DNA of 64,000 bases from Candidatus Micrarchaeota archaeon (GTDB taxonomy: Archaea; Micrarchaeota; Micrarchaeia; Anstonellales; Bilamarchaeaceae): contig JBDRLQ010000001.1 of assembly GCA_043812915.1 (NCBI GenBank), forward strand, positions 1 to 64,000, in the 5' to 3' direction. The position numbers and the translations under genes are program-made. The notes beneath the pieces were generated by a model that was not told the origin of the DNA, made no database searches, and saw nothing but the letters and a program-made list of their open reading frames with translations. Below, one piece after another: positions 19,599 to 29,298 of the stretch. How positions within the stretch are numbered: the stretch's first letter is position 1; the number at the start of each line of letters is the position of its first letter.

Positions 19599-20174
19599 CT
19601 ATCTGAAGGTTTTTTCTATCCAGAGGCGCAGGCCCCTCGTCAATCTCCATAATGGATTCTTGAAATCCTCCATCCTGTGGAATGCGAAGACGGCGAAATC
19701 CTGATGCGGCTCGTACCCCTCTGCGAATGCATTCCACTCATCGATTATCTCGAAATACCGGCCCCACTCCTCATCACCCCTTTTCCGATTCGCGCGGAAT
19801 GCATCATCGACATCCCAGCCGGCTTCCCTCTGGCAGCCCACCGTCGTTTTGACAATGACCTTCCCATCCTTCTCCTTGAAGGGATAAGTAGTGCATATGG
19901 AAGGCTTGTTGCCATAAACCCTGCAGTGGAGCTCCCCCTCCCGGTTAAGGAAGATGCAGTCCCCGTTGGGCTTTCTTTTCATGGTGAATCGGAGTATCCG
20001 CCCGTTTGCCTTGAACCCAAGGTCATCATCCGCAGCGTCCATAAGCTCTGCGAAATTGGCCTCTTCATCACTGACTACTGCCCTTATCCTATTCAGGTCA
20101 TAGGTATTGAGTTCAACCAGGAGTGTGCAGCAGGGTGCCTTGCATCCGATACACATGTTCTTGGGCTTTCCCAT
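19599..20174 (-). CDS. YkgJ family Cys-cluster (CxxCxxxCC) protein
   Basis: CIGCKAPCC, CIFL, CRVYGNKPSICTTYPF. Confidence 0.9.
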   Translation of the reverse strand: MGKPKNMCIGCKAPCCTLLVELNTYDLNRIRAVVSDEEANFAELMDAADDDLGFKANGRILRFTMKRKPNGDCIFLNREGELHCRVYGNKPSICTTYPFKEKDGKVIVKTTVGCQREAGWDVDDAFRANRKRGDEEWGRYFEIIDEWNAFAEGYEPHQDFAVFAFHRMEDFKNPLWRLTRGLRLWIEKTFR

Positions 20175-20229
20175 GGTTTTCTCTTCTCAGAAGACGTTTA
20201 TATTCTTTGCTTTCAGATACCTGTTAATC

Positions 20230-21258
20230 ATGAAAATCATCCATTTTGACCGCAAAATCGGGGAGATGAAACTCCAGCCGGACACCCTGGACGACCTGTG
20301 GCACCTGGAGAGGGTGCTCATGCCCGGGGACACAGCGGAAGCCCAGTCCTACCGCACCTACAAGGTGGGCACGAAGGAAGAGAAGAAGGCAGTGACAGTC
20401 AGGATTGAAATAGAGAGCATAGAGTTCGCGAAATCACAGAACCGGCTGCGCCTTCTTGGCAAGATTATCTCTGGCCACCCGGAGGAATTCATCCAGCTCG
20501 GGAGGTACCATACGATTGAGGTTGCTGAAAACTCAAAGCTCAAGCTAATCAAGGACTGGAAGAACTACCAGGTCAACAGGCTTCGGGAAGCCGAGAAGGA
20601 ATCCAAGAGGCCAAAAATCAGGATAATCGTCCTGGACGAGGAGAAGGCCCTGATGGCAGTCCTCCGCGCATTCGGAGTTGAATACGGAGCCGAATTCCGC
20701 TGCGGAGGAAGCAAAAGGGATGAGAAGCACGAGCAGAAGGAGCGCGAGTATTTCGGGCAGATAGCATCCGAGATTGAAAGGCACCCAGAGAGATACATAG
20801 TCGCCGGCCCTGGCTTCACCAAGGACAACCTGAAGAAATTCCTGTCGCAGAAGAATCCTGACTTATTGAAGCGCATAACTTTCGACGGCTGCTCATATGC
20901 TGAGCGCAGTGGCGTGAATGAGCTGCTCAACCGGGGGGTAATCCAGAAGATAATGGGCGAGGAGCGCTTCGAGCGGGAGATGAAGCTGATTGAGGATTTG
21001 ATTATCCATATCCACAAGGATGATGGCAACGCGGCCTATGGGCTCAAGGAGGTCAAGGAAGCCGCAGAAGCTGCTGCAATCGGGAAGTTGCTTGTCCTGG
21101 ACGAATACCTGCGAACTTCAAAAGACGCCGAGGGCGTTGTGGAGCTTGCCGACAAGAACAAGGCAGAAATAGTTATTTTCTCCTCTGAGGGGGATGCGGG
21201 CATGAAGCTCAAGGGCTTCGGGAAGATTGCTGCGATATTAAGATTCAAACTAAGATAA
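20230..21258 (+). CDS. pelA: mRNA surveillance protein Pelota/Dom34
   Basis: DTLDDLWHL, RLRLLGKI, GRYHTI, VAGPGFTK, FGKIAAILRF. Confidence 0.97.
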   Translation: MKIIHFDRKIGEMKLQPDTLDDLWHLERVLMPGDTAEAQSYRTYKVGTKEEKKAVTVRIEIESIEFAKSQNRLRLLGKIISGHPEEFIQLGRYHTIEVAENSKLKLIKDWKNYQVNRLREAEKESKRPKIRIIVLDEEKALMAVLRAFGVEYGAEFRCGGSKRDEKHEQKEREYFGQIASEIERHPERYIVAGPGFTKDNLKKFLSQKNPDLLKRITFDGCSYAERSGVNELLNRGVIQKIMGEERFEREMKLIEDLIIHIHKDDGNAAYGLKEVKEAAEAAAIGKLLVLDEYLRTSKDAEGVVELADKNKAEIVIFSSEGDAGMKLKGFGKIAAILRFKLR

Positions 21259-22317
21259 TTACCAGAGCCCTTCCTGGAACAAGGGCTTCAGGAAGTCCAC
21301 CCCCCTGTTTGTGTATGAAAGAAGCGCAAGAGCTCCAGGATGCAGGAGAATCCGCTCATCATCGGACCTGTCCTCCAGATTCCTTGCAAGGCCCTTATAA
21401 TGCTCTGAAACGAATTCCAGAACGCTTCCCTCATTCGCGGGAATGAATACTACGCGCGAATGCTCTCCCTTATCAACATCCCGGTTGCCTTCATACCTTT
21501 TCCGTACATCCTCGGAATCAATATTCGTCCTAATCAGGAATATGTATATCGGGCCCTTGTCTATTGTTGGGTCGAAAATCCTAGACAGGAAGAATGTCCT
21601 ACTGACATCCGCTTCGAATATGCCGAACTCCCTCTCCAATTCCTCCTGCCTGAAAAACTGGTATATACTTTGCTTCCCAGTAATTATCGCATCCGTTAGT
21701 CCGAGCGCACCTGCGGTGATGTGATATGTGTTCTGGTAGGATGCCCCTGCCCTAAGCCCGATTGCCATTTTGTTATCTGAAGTAATTACGATGCCACCAA
21801 CCGATACGCTTGAGATTGGCAATTCCACTCCGTTTCTTGCAAGCTGCGTCTCCAGGCTGTGCCTTGGGCCGATGGTTGCATGCGCGCCATCCCAGTCGAA
21901 TTTATATTCCATTTCGGTTGCCGCAATCTCGTTCCACCATGGGACTGGCGCTTTCTCAACATGGGCAAGGTCAAGGCCAAGGAGCGAAAAAGCCTCCAGG
22001 AACCGCTCATCCCTCCAGAATCTTTCACGGACCTGCCCTAACCTGTCCCCCAGATGATAGGTGTCCATCTCCTTTCCGGTCTCGCGCAGGCATTCCTTAT
22101 CAGCATCCTCCCTCAGGGAAGCTAGTAGCGCTGTCACTTTCATGAAAGGAATCTGTTTTCCTGTCGAATCATGTCTTTTTTCATTAAATGAGTGGGTGAG
22201 CCTGCTTGCATGGGTATTATAATGCCTCATGATTCTGCTTCTTCCCAGTGGCCCTACCATAACTTCACTCTGGCCGATTCTTTTTAAAAGGTTGGCGTTT
22301 CTATGCTTTTGTGTCAA
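21259..22317 (-). CDS. Hypothetical protein with a divergent C-terminal NUDIX-like domain
   Basis: SVGGIVITSDNKMAIGLR..YHITAG..EELEREFGI..EHS. TTG start. Confidence 0.6.
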   Translation of the reverse strand: MTQKHRNANLLKRIGQSEVMVGPLGRSRIMRHYNTHASRLTHSFNEKRHDSTGKQIPFMKVTALLASLREDADKECLRETGKEMDTYHLGDRLGQVRERFWRDERFLEAFSLLGLDLAHVEKAPVPWWNEIAATEMEYKFDWDGAHATIGPRHSLETQLARNGVELPISSVSVGGIVITSDNKMAIGLRAGASYQNTYHITAGALGLTDAIITGKQSIYQFFRQEELEREFGIFEADVSRTFFLSRIFDPTIDKGPIYIFLIRTNIDSEDVRKRYEGNRDVDKGEHSRVVFIPANEGSVLEFVSEHYKGLARNLEDRSDDERILLHPGALALLSYTNRGVDFLKPLFQEGLW

Positions 22318-22358
22318 GAATCATAGAAAAAGAAAATAAGATGCCAAGCACAGAAGAT

Positions 22359-25193
22359 TCATTTCTCTGATCTTGGCCCATCTACTTCTTCAGATTGTCC
22401 TTCCGGCTCAGTCTCAACAGCATCCGGAGCAAGGTCCTCCTCGTCATCGATTCCCAGCTTGTCCTCAACAAGAGGCTCTGAAGGAATCTCATCCATGGGC
22501 GGAGCCCCCGGCTTCTCAGGCCCCTGCTCTTCAGGGCCTTCGGATTCAGACTCCCCATCGACCTGCTCTTCCGCAGGCGTCTCATATGGAGCCTCGTTCA
22601 CAACACCAGGCTTCTCATCGCCCTTGTTCTCAACAGGCCCCCCGGATGTATCATCCTTCTTGGTTTCGAGCTCCCCTCTATCTTCGGAATTGTTGTTCTC
22701 AAGGGCCTTTTCCTCTTCAGGAACGACCTCTTTGATGTGCTCGACAACCTCTTTCTCCTCCTCCTGCTCAGCCTTCTCCACAGCCTCCTCAACTTCCTTC
22801 TGCTTTGGGACGACTGTGAATGTCGCGACTTTCTCCCCCTCTTCGAGCCGGATAATCCGGACCCCCTGGGTGTTCCTTCCGATTACTGAAATGTCCCGGA
22901 CAAAGGTGCGGATTGCCTGGCCGCCGGAGCTCATCACGATTACCTCATCCTCATCGTCAACCGCGCGGATGCCTATGACATCGCCATTCCTGCCTTCGGT
23001 CTTGATGTTAATCACTCCGGAGCCGCCACGCGACTGCAGTCGATACTCATCCATCGAGGTCCGTTTGCCATAGCCCATCTCCGTTATGGTTAAGAGCGAT
23101 GGCTTCTTGCAGGCAGCCACCCCCACGACCGCGTCACCCTTGTGCTTCAGCCTGATTCCGCGGACCCCCTGCCCTGTGCGCCCGATCTCGCGCGCCTGGG
23201 TCTCGGAGAACTTGATTGCCTGCCCTTTCCTCGTTGCAATCACGATGTTCTGCTCTCCCTCGGTCTTCCGGACTTCCACAAGCCGGTCGCCGTCCTTTAG
23301 CGTAATGGCCCTTATTCCGCCCTTGCGCACATTGCTGAATTTCTCCAGTCCGATTCTCTTCAGGGTGCCGTTCTTGGTCCCCATCACGAGGAACTCTCCG
23401 CTATCGAACCTGTCCACGCTGATGCAGGAGGTCACTTTCTCCTCCTTGAGGTCCAGCAGGCTAACAAGTGTTTTCCCAGTTGCATACCTGCTGCTCTCGG
23501 GCACTCTGTAAACCTTCAGCCAGAACAGCCTTCCATGGTCCGTGAACAGGAGCAGGTAGTTGTGATTCCTCGTAACAATCACATCCTGCACGAAGTCCTC
23601 GTCCTTTGTGCCTGTGCCGACGACTCCCTTCCCTCCACGGTGCTGCGCCCGGTACTCATCCAGGCCCACTCTCTTGACATACCCTCGGCTGGAGATGGTG
23701 ACAACGACGCTGTCATTCGGAATGAGTTCCTCAATCTCGAGGTCCCCTTCGAAGTCCGTTATCTCGGTCCTCCTTTCATCGCCGTACTTTTCCTTGACCT
23801 CGAGCAATTCGTCCTTGATTATCTGGAGAATCTTGCCCATGTCTGCGAGCACTTCCTTTAGCCACTTTATCTTCCTTAGCAGCTCCTGGTACTCAGTCTC
23901 AATCTTCTCCCTCTCAAGGGCGATGAGCTTGGAGAGCCTCATCTCAAGAATCGCGTTCGCCTGTATCTCGCTAAGCGAATATCTCTCCATCAGCCCTGCC
24001 CTCGCGGCGGCGACGTCCTTTGAAGCGCGAAGGAAGGAAACCACATCATCAATATTCTCAAGCGCAATCCGAAGGCCTTCCAGCACATGGGCGCGCTCCT
24101 CGGCCTTCTTCAGCTCGAACTGGCACCTGCGCGTCACAATCTCCTTCCTGAACTCAATGAACGAACTGATGATCTCGAAAAGCGTCATCACCTTCGGCTG
24201 CTTTCCATCCAGGGCAAGGTTGATTATCCCGAAAGTGTTCTGGAGCGGGGTGTGCACATAGAGCTGGTTGAGCGTGACATCCGCGTTCGCCCCCTTCTTG
24301 AGCTCTATCACCACTTCCATCCCGTCCTTGTCAGAATGGTCCTGTATGCCCGAGATCCCCTCGACCTTCTTGTTCTTGACCGCCTCGACAATGCCCTCGA
24401 TGACGCTGGTCTTGGTAATCTGGTATGGAATCTCCGTAATCACAATCCGGTTCTTCTTCTCATCAATGTTCGCGCGCCCCCGCACCCTGATGATGCCGCG
24501 GCCGCTAGTGTATGCCTTCATGATACCCCCGCGGCCGACAATCAGCCCGCCGGTCGGGAAATCAGGGCCCTTCACTATGCCCATAAGCCCGCTCTCATCA
24601 GCGCCGTCAATCACGGCGATGGTCCCGTCAACGACCTCTCCTAGGTTGTGCGGCGGGATGTTCGTTGCCATTCCGACCGCGATTCCGCTCGAGCCGTTCA
24701 CAAGCAGGTTTGGCACCCTTGAGGGGAGCACGGTCGGCTCCTTCGTGGTCCCATCGAAGTTGTCTATCCAGTCAACAGTCTCCTTGTCAATATCAGAAAT
24801 AACGTCGTTGGAAACCTTGGAGAGCCTGACTTCGGTGTAACGCATGGCTGCAGGGGAGTCCCCGTCAATGCTTCCCATGTTCCCATGCCCGTCAACGAGC
24901 ATGTAGCGCAATGAGAATGGCTGCGCCATCCTGACCAAGGCGTCGTAAATGGCCATATCCCCGTGCGGGTGGAAGTAACCGAGCGTGTTACCAACGACCC
25001 TAGCGCTCTTCTTGTGCGGCTTGTCGCTGGTATTCCCCATCTGGTGCATTGAGTAAAGGATTCTCCTGTGCACCGGCTTCAGCCCGTCCCGGACATCCGG
25101 GATTGCCCTGCCGACAATAACGCTCATCGCGTAGTCCAGGTAGCTCTCCCGCATGTCCTTCTCAATCGGTTTCTGGATGATTGTCTCTGGCAT
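22359..25193 (-). CDS. gyrA: DNA gyrase subunit A with a long acidic tail
   Basis: [18 protein letters not shown], catalytic AAMRYTE, GyrA-box QHRGGKG and pinwheel repeats. Confidence 0.98.
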   Translation of the reverse strand: MPETIIQKPIEKDMRESYLDYAMSVIVGRAIPDVRDGLKPVHRRILYSMHQMGNTSDKPHKKSARVVGNTLGYFHPHGDMAIYDALVRMAQPFSLRYMLVDGHGNMGSIDGDSPAAMRYTEVRLSKVSNDVISDIDKETVDWIDNFDGTTKEPTVLPSRVPNLLVNGSSGIAVGMATNIPPHNLGEVVDGTIAVIDGADESGLMGIVKGPDFPTGGLIVGRGGIMKAYTSGRGIIRVRGRANIDEKKNRIVITEIPYQITKTSVIEGIVEAVKNKKVEGISGIQDHSDKDGMEVVIELKKGANADVTLNQLYVHTPLQNTFGIINLALDGKQPKVMTLFEIISSFIEFRKEIVTRRCQFELKKAEERAHVLEGLRIALENIDDVVSFLRASKDVAAARAGLMERYSLSEIQANAILEMRLSKLIALEREKIETEYQELLRKIKWLKEVLADMGKILQIIKDELLEVKEKYGDERRTEITDFEGDLEIEELIPNDSVVVTISSRGYVKRVGLDEYRAQHRGGKGVVGTGTKDEDFVQDVIVTRNHNYLLLFTDHGRLFWLKVYRVPESSRYATGKTLVSLLDLKEEKVTSCISVDRFDSGEFLVMGTKNGTLKRIGLEKFSNVRKGGIRAITLKDGDRLVEVRKTEGEQNIVIATRKGQAIKFSETQAREIGRTGQGVRGIRLKHKGDAVVGVAACKKPSLLTITEMGYGKRTSMDEYRLQSRGGSGVINIKTEGRNGDVIGIRAVDDEDEVIVMSSGGQAIRTFVRDISVIGRNTQGVRIIRLEEGEKVATFTVVPKQKEVEEAVEKAEQEEEKEVVEHIKEVVPEEEKALENNNSEDRGELETKKDDTSGGPVENKGDEKPGVVNEAPYETPAEEQVDGESESEGPEEQGPEKPGAPPMDEIPSEPLVEDKLGIDDEEDLAPDAVETEPEGQSEEVDGPRSEK

Positions 25194-25203
25194 AAGGCTC
25201 ACC

Positions 25204-27093
25204 TTAGATATCGAGGTTCTGGACCTCCTTGGCATACTGCACGATGAACTCCTTCCTCGGCCCGACCTCATCCCCCATCAGCACGGTGAACAGCTCATCG
25301 GCCGCCATCCCGTCCTCGATTGTCACCTGCATGAGGGTGCGCGTCTCAGGGTCCATGGTGGTGTCCCAGAGCTGCCCCGGGTTCATTTCACCAAGGCCTT
25401 TGTAGCGCTGTATCTCAGCTTTCTCGCCGACCTCCGCCAGGATCTTCTGCAGCTCGGCATCCGAGTATGCGTACTTGATGCCCTTGCCTCTCTTCACCTT
25501 GTACAGCGGCGGCTGCGCGATGTACAGGTAGCCCTTCTCAATAAGCGCCTTGAAGTGCCGGTAGAAGAGCGTAAGTATCAGTGTGCGGATATGCGCGCCG
25601 TCGACATCCGCGTCCGTCATGATTACGAATTTGTGGTATCTCACCTTATTGACGTCGAAATCATCTCCGAATCCGGCCCCCACCGTCAGCACGATGGCCT
25701 TTATCTCCTCGCTGGTAAGGACCCTGTGCATCGGGGCCTTCTCCACATTGAGTATCTTGCCGCGGAGCGGAAGGATTGCCTGCGTGTGCCTGTCCCGCCC
25801 CTGCCTGCTGGAACCTCCGGCGGAATCACCTTCCACTATGAAGAGCTCGCACTTGGAAGGGTCCTTCTCGATGCAGTCGGAGAGCTTCCCTGGCAGAATG
25901 CTGGACTCGAACACGCTCTTCCTGCGTATCAGCTCCTTCGCCTTCTGGGCAGCTTCCCTTGCCTCCATGGACTTCATTATCTTCTGCACGATTTTCCTTG
26001 CCTCAGAAGGGTTCTCCTCAAGGAAGGTCATCATGGAATCATAAACCATGGAATCGACAATGCCTTTGATTTCCGAGTTCCCCAGTTTGGTCTTGGTCTG
26101 GCCCTCGAACTGCGGCTCTGGAACCTTCAGGCTGATAATGGCGGTCAGCCCCTCAAGGGCATCATCGCCGGAAATCTTCTTTCCCTCCTTGAGGAGCTTG
26201 TCAGATTTCATGTAGTTGCTCATTACCCTTGTGAGCGCGGACTTGAATCCTGTTATGTGCGTTCCGCCCTCGACCGTTTTGATGTTGTTCACGAATGAGT
26301 AGATGTTCTCGGAATAGCTGTCGGTGTACTGCACAGCGTATTCAATCTCGATGTTGTCCGCCTGCTTCTTGACGTACTGCGGCGCCTGGAGCGTGGTCCT
26401 GGCCTTGTTCAGGTATTCCACGAACTCCTTGATCCCGCCCTCGAAAAAGAACCTTTCCTTCCTATCGGCCCTCTCGTCATTGAGCGTGATGGAGAGCCCC
26501 GCGTTGAGGAATGCGAGCTCCATGATTCTCTCCCTAAGATAATTGTAATCGAATTCTGTAACCGTGAATATCTTGTCGTTGGGCTTGAACCTGACCTTGG
26601 TGCCGCTCTTGTCCGTGTCCCGGACTTCCTTCACATCCCCGTCCGGGACTCCATGGTCGTATGACTGCACATAGAGCTTTCCGTCCCTGTGGACCTCAAC
26701 ACTCAGGCTGTCGCTGAGCGCGTTCACGACCGATACCCCGACCCCGTGCAGGCCGCCTGAGACTGCGTATGCCTTTTTGCCGAACTTTCCTCCTGCGTGC
26801 AGCACAGTCATAACGACTTCCAGTGCCGATTTCCCGCTCTCATGCCTGTCCGTGGGGATTCCCCTTCCGTCATCCTCAACAGACACGGAGCCGTCCTTGT
26901 AGATCTCGACTGCTATGTTCCTGCAGAAGCCCCCAAGGGCCTCATCAATCGCATTATCCAGCACTTCAAAGACCAGATGATGGAGGCCTCTTTTGCCAAT
27001 ATCCCCAATGTACATCGCGGGCCTTTTCCTGACCGCTTCCAGGCCCTCAAGGACCTGTATGTCCTTTGCTGTATAACCACTATCTTCGACCAT
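25204..27093 (-). CDS. gyrB: DNA gyrase subunit B
   Basis: [57 protein letters not shown]. Confidence 0.98.
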   Translation of the reverse strand: MVEDSGYTAKDIQVLEGLEAVRKRPAMYIGDIGKRGLHHLVFEVLDNAIDEALGGFCRNIAVEIYKDGSVSVEDDGRGIPTDRHESGKSALEVVMTVLHAGGKFGKKAYAVSGGLHGVGVSVVNALSDSLSVEVHRDGKLYVQSYDHGVPDGDVKEVRDTDKSGTKVRFKPNDKIFTVTEFDYNYLRERIMELAFLNAGLSITLNDERADRKERFFFEGGIKEFVEYLNKARTTLQAPQYVKKQADNIEIEYAVQYTDSYSENIYSFVNNIKTVEGGTHITGFKSALTRVMSNYMKSDKLLKEGKKISGDDALEGLTAIISLKVPEPQFEGQTKTKLGNSEIKGIVDSMVYDSMMTFLEENPSEARKIVQKIMKSMEAREAAQKAKELIRRKSVFESSILPGKLSDCIEKDPSKCELFIVEGDSAGGSSRQGRDRHTQAILPLRGKILNVEKAPMHRVLTSEEIKAIVLTVGAGFGDDFDVNKVRYHKFVIMTDADVDGAHIRTLILTLFYRHFKALIEKGYLYIAQPPLYKVKRGKGIKYAYSDAELQKILAEVGEKAEIQRYKGLGEMNPGQLWDTTMDPETRTLMQVTIEDGMAADELFTVLMGDEVGPRKEFIVQYAKEVQNLDI

Positions 27094-27306
27094 GGGATTA
27101 CCACTAAAAGTTTTTTCCTTTTTACGACGTAGAATTACAATTAATTCATCAGTTATTTTTCTTGCTTTCCTATATCTCAAGCAGTCCTTAAATAGCTTCC
27201 TTTTGGCGCTAAAAAAGGGTTAAGGTGGGGCGCATTTTCAGGGCCAAAACCAGCTTCCTCCCGCACTTAAAAACATTTGGGATGATTAACAGAATAGTTG
27301 TTGAGA

Positions 27307-27888
27307 ATGGCAGCAATAAAATCCAAAGCAAGCGTCCAATCCTCCGGCCCGCCGCCGCTCCAGAAAAGGGCGGAATACAATGGCCCAAGGCCTCCTCCGC
27401 TGCCGCATAAGAGGCGCAGTGCCTCATCACGTCCATCCCCTTTCAGCGCCCGCACTCCTGATTCCCAGCCGATTTCAGGCGTCAGGGTGGTTGAGGGCTC
27501 CCAATCCCCGGCTCTGGAATATACTGACGAATCCTTCCATGGAAAATGGGGCCGTGTGCTGCCAGGTGTCTTCCGGGCATCCTGCATCACAGGAAACTTC
27601 TCCACAGTCATCTTCAGAATCAGGACCGCCGACAGGGAACCTGATTTCGGGCTGCTCGGGCAAATCGGCAGGTTAATCAAAAGGGATAATCTGGTCTATG
27701 TGAGCGACCATGCCTTCACCACATCAGAGAGGGACAGGATATTCGTGCACCTGGACCAGGAAAAAGGGCTCTACGAAATATTCATGCACGGCGTCCCCCA
27801 TGAAATGCTGGATGAGGCGAAAAACCTTGTAGGGTGCGTGGCTGCGTATTTCCATGAAGTAAAGGAGAAGCCGCTGCCCCCGCTCTGA
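27307..27888 (+). CDS. Hypothetical protein with a Pro/Arg-rich N-terminus
   Basis: ORF between gyrB and a convergent ORFan. Contains PPPLQ, PRPPPLP and terminal KPLPPL. Confidence 0.65.
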   Translation: MAAIKSKASVQSSGPPPLQKRAEYNGPRPPPLPHKRRSASSRPSPFSARTPDSQPISGVRVVEGSQSPALEYTDESFHGKWGRVLPGVFRASCITGNFSTVIFRIRTADREPDFGLLGQIGRLIKRDNLVYVSDHAFTTSERDRIFVHLDQEKGLYEIFMHGVPHEMLDEAKNLVGCVAAYFHEVKEKPLPPL

Positions 27889-27913
27889 TGAATGAAAAAG
27901 AAGAAAAAGAAAA

Positions 27914-28633
27914 TTATGCGCGCCTCTCCCTTCTGGGCACAGCATCCAATCTTGAGGTCATGTCATGCTCAACAGTCGGGGCTTCCCTAAGGTTCCCGGT
28001 AAAGACGAGCGCGAATGTCTGGCCGCTCCCTTCAATCACAACCGGCAGCCCCTGAGCCTGAAGCGCCTGCGTGATGCCCGTCCTGAGGCCGTCTATCAGC
28101 TCGCGATCCTCATCCGCATTTCCGAAACCTAAACGCCTTGTGATTTCAGCAAAATCCGTAAGTTCTATTCTTCTTGTGTCCCTTTGATCGGCCATCCTCA
28201 CAACGTCTGTGACGATCTCTTCCCGCAGGGCTGAGAATGATGCGATGACCGAGTTCCTTAATTCATTCATGTCAACTGTTGTCCCACCAGCGCCATGCCT
28301 AATCCATGAGGTCCCCTCATTGGTAACTTGGAAGTACCACTGGAGCTGCCATCCAAGGTCTATCCGCAAATCTTCCATTGGCGAGTTTGCGGCAGTAATC
28401 AAGCCCTGGAGCGCATCATGAATCGCGCCCGGGCCCCTCCCCTGGCGCCCTATCGCCTCATGAAGCCTCTGCAGGTCTGCTGCAGAGGGCACATCAGTGA
28501 AATTAGCCTCTACAAAAACGCGCATTGCTGCATCAAAAGCCTGTCCTGCCCTGGCTCTTGCCTGCGCTTCTGTTGGCATCTGGACTGTGACATCAGCTGG
28601 CCTTCTTTCTGGTTCTGCCATTGTTCCACTCAT
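27914..28633 (-). CDS. Hypothetical protein
   Basis: 239 aa, AGGTGT SD, ends in PRRERRA. Confidence 0.7.
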   Translation of the reverse strand: MSGTMAEPERRPADVTVQMPTEAQARARAGQAFDAAMRVFVEANFTDVPSAADLQRLHEAIGRQGRGPGAIHDALQGLITAANSPMEDLRIDLGWQLQWYFQVTNEGTSWIRHGAGGTTVDMNELRNSVIASFSALREEIVTDVVRMADQRDTRRIELTDFAEITRRLGFGNADEDRELIDGLRTGITQALQAQGLPVVIEGSGQTFALVFTGNLREAPTVEHDMTSRLDAVPRRERRA

Positions 28634-28666
28634 AAGTTACACCTGAATCAACATTACTTGGAAAAT

Positions 28667-29245
28667 CTAATAAATCAACCATTCAAGCGGGCTTGCGAGG
28701 TCGAGTTCCCACCTCGCCCGCTCTGTTTCTATCCGAAGCCTGGAACCCTCAACACTCAAGTTTGTGATTCCCTGAGCCTCGGCATCCCTGATATTCACTG
28801 TATACGCGTTTGAAATGAGGAACCCCCCTGCAATCGAGCCAAGCATCCGCCTTCCTGCAAGGGCATCATCCATGCCCAAAACCACGATAATCCTGCCAGG
28901 GGCGCGAATGAGGCTATATGATTGTGTGCATGAGATTTCAGTGGCGTCATCAAAAGCAGAATCCACTGCAATTGAAACGGTCCTTCCAGTCCCGACATAT
29001 GTCAGCTTCCTCTCTTCCACATTCAGCCTACATTCCCCCTCCCCTATCCGTCCGGTGAGAATTCGGTTGCCTGCTGACTGTTCGCTCTGGCTTACCGCCG
29101 GCCTGCTCTGGTGCGGGCCGGGGCTAGTCGGCCATGACTCCTGGTGCGCACAGCCTGAGAATCCGAGCGAAAGAATCACGGTCTTGAGCAGCCTGCCAGC
29201 TCCCAAGCTGTTTCTTTGCTTCTTCGGGGCAATCTCCTCCCCCAT
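28667..29245 (-). CDS. Hypothetical lipoprotein-like protein
   Basis: Basic N-terminus, hydrophobic stretch, lipobox-like GFSGC, then a beta-rich domain. Confidence 0.6.
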   Translation of the reverse strand: MGEEIAPKKQRNSLGAGRLLKTVILSLGFSGCAHQESWPTSPGPHQSRPAVSQSEQSAGNRILTGRIGEGECRLNVEERKLTYVGTGRTVSIAVDSAFDDATEISCTQSYSLIRAPGRIIVVLGMDDALAGRRMLGSIAGGFLISNAYTVNIRDAEAQGITNLSVEGSRLRIETERARWELDLASPLEWLIY

Positions 29246-29298
29246 CAGTTTCCTGCCCTTATCCATTAGGGTATATTATCTACAACAGTTTAAAAACC

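Noticed and set aside
14813..27093. Inteins in RadA, GyrA or GyrB
   Set aside because: Core lengths are normal, and there are no C/S...HN splice motifs or endonuclease inserts.
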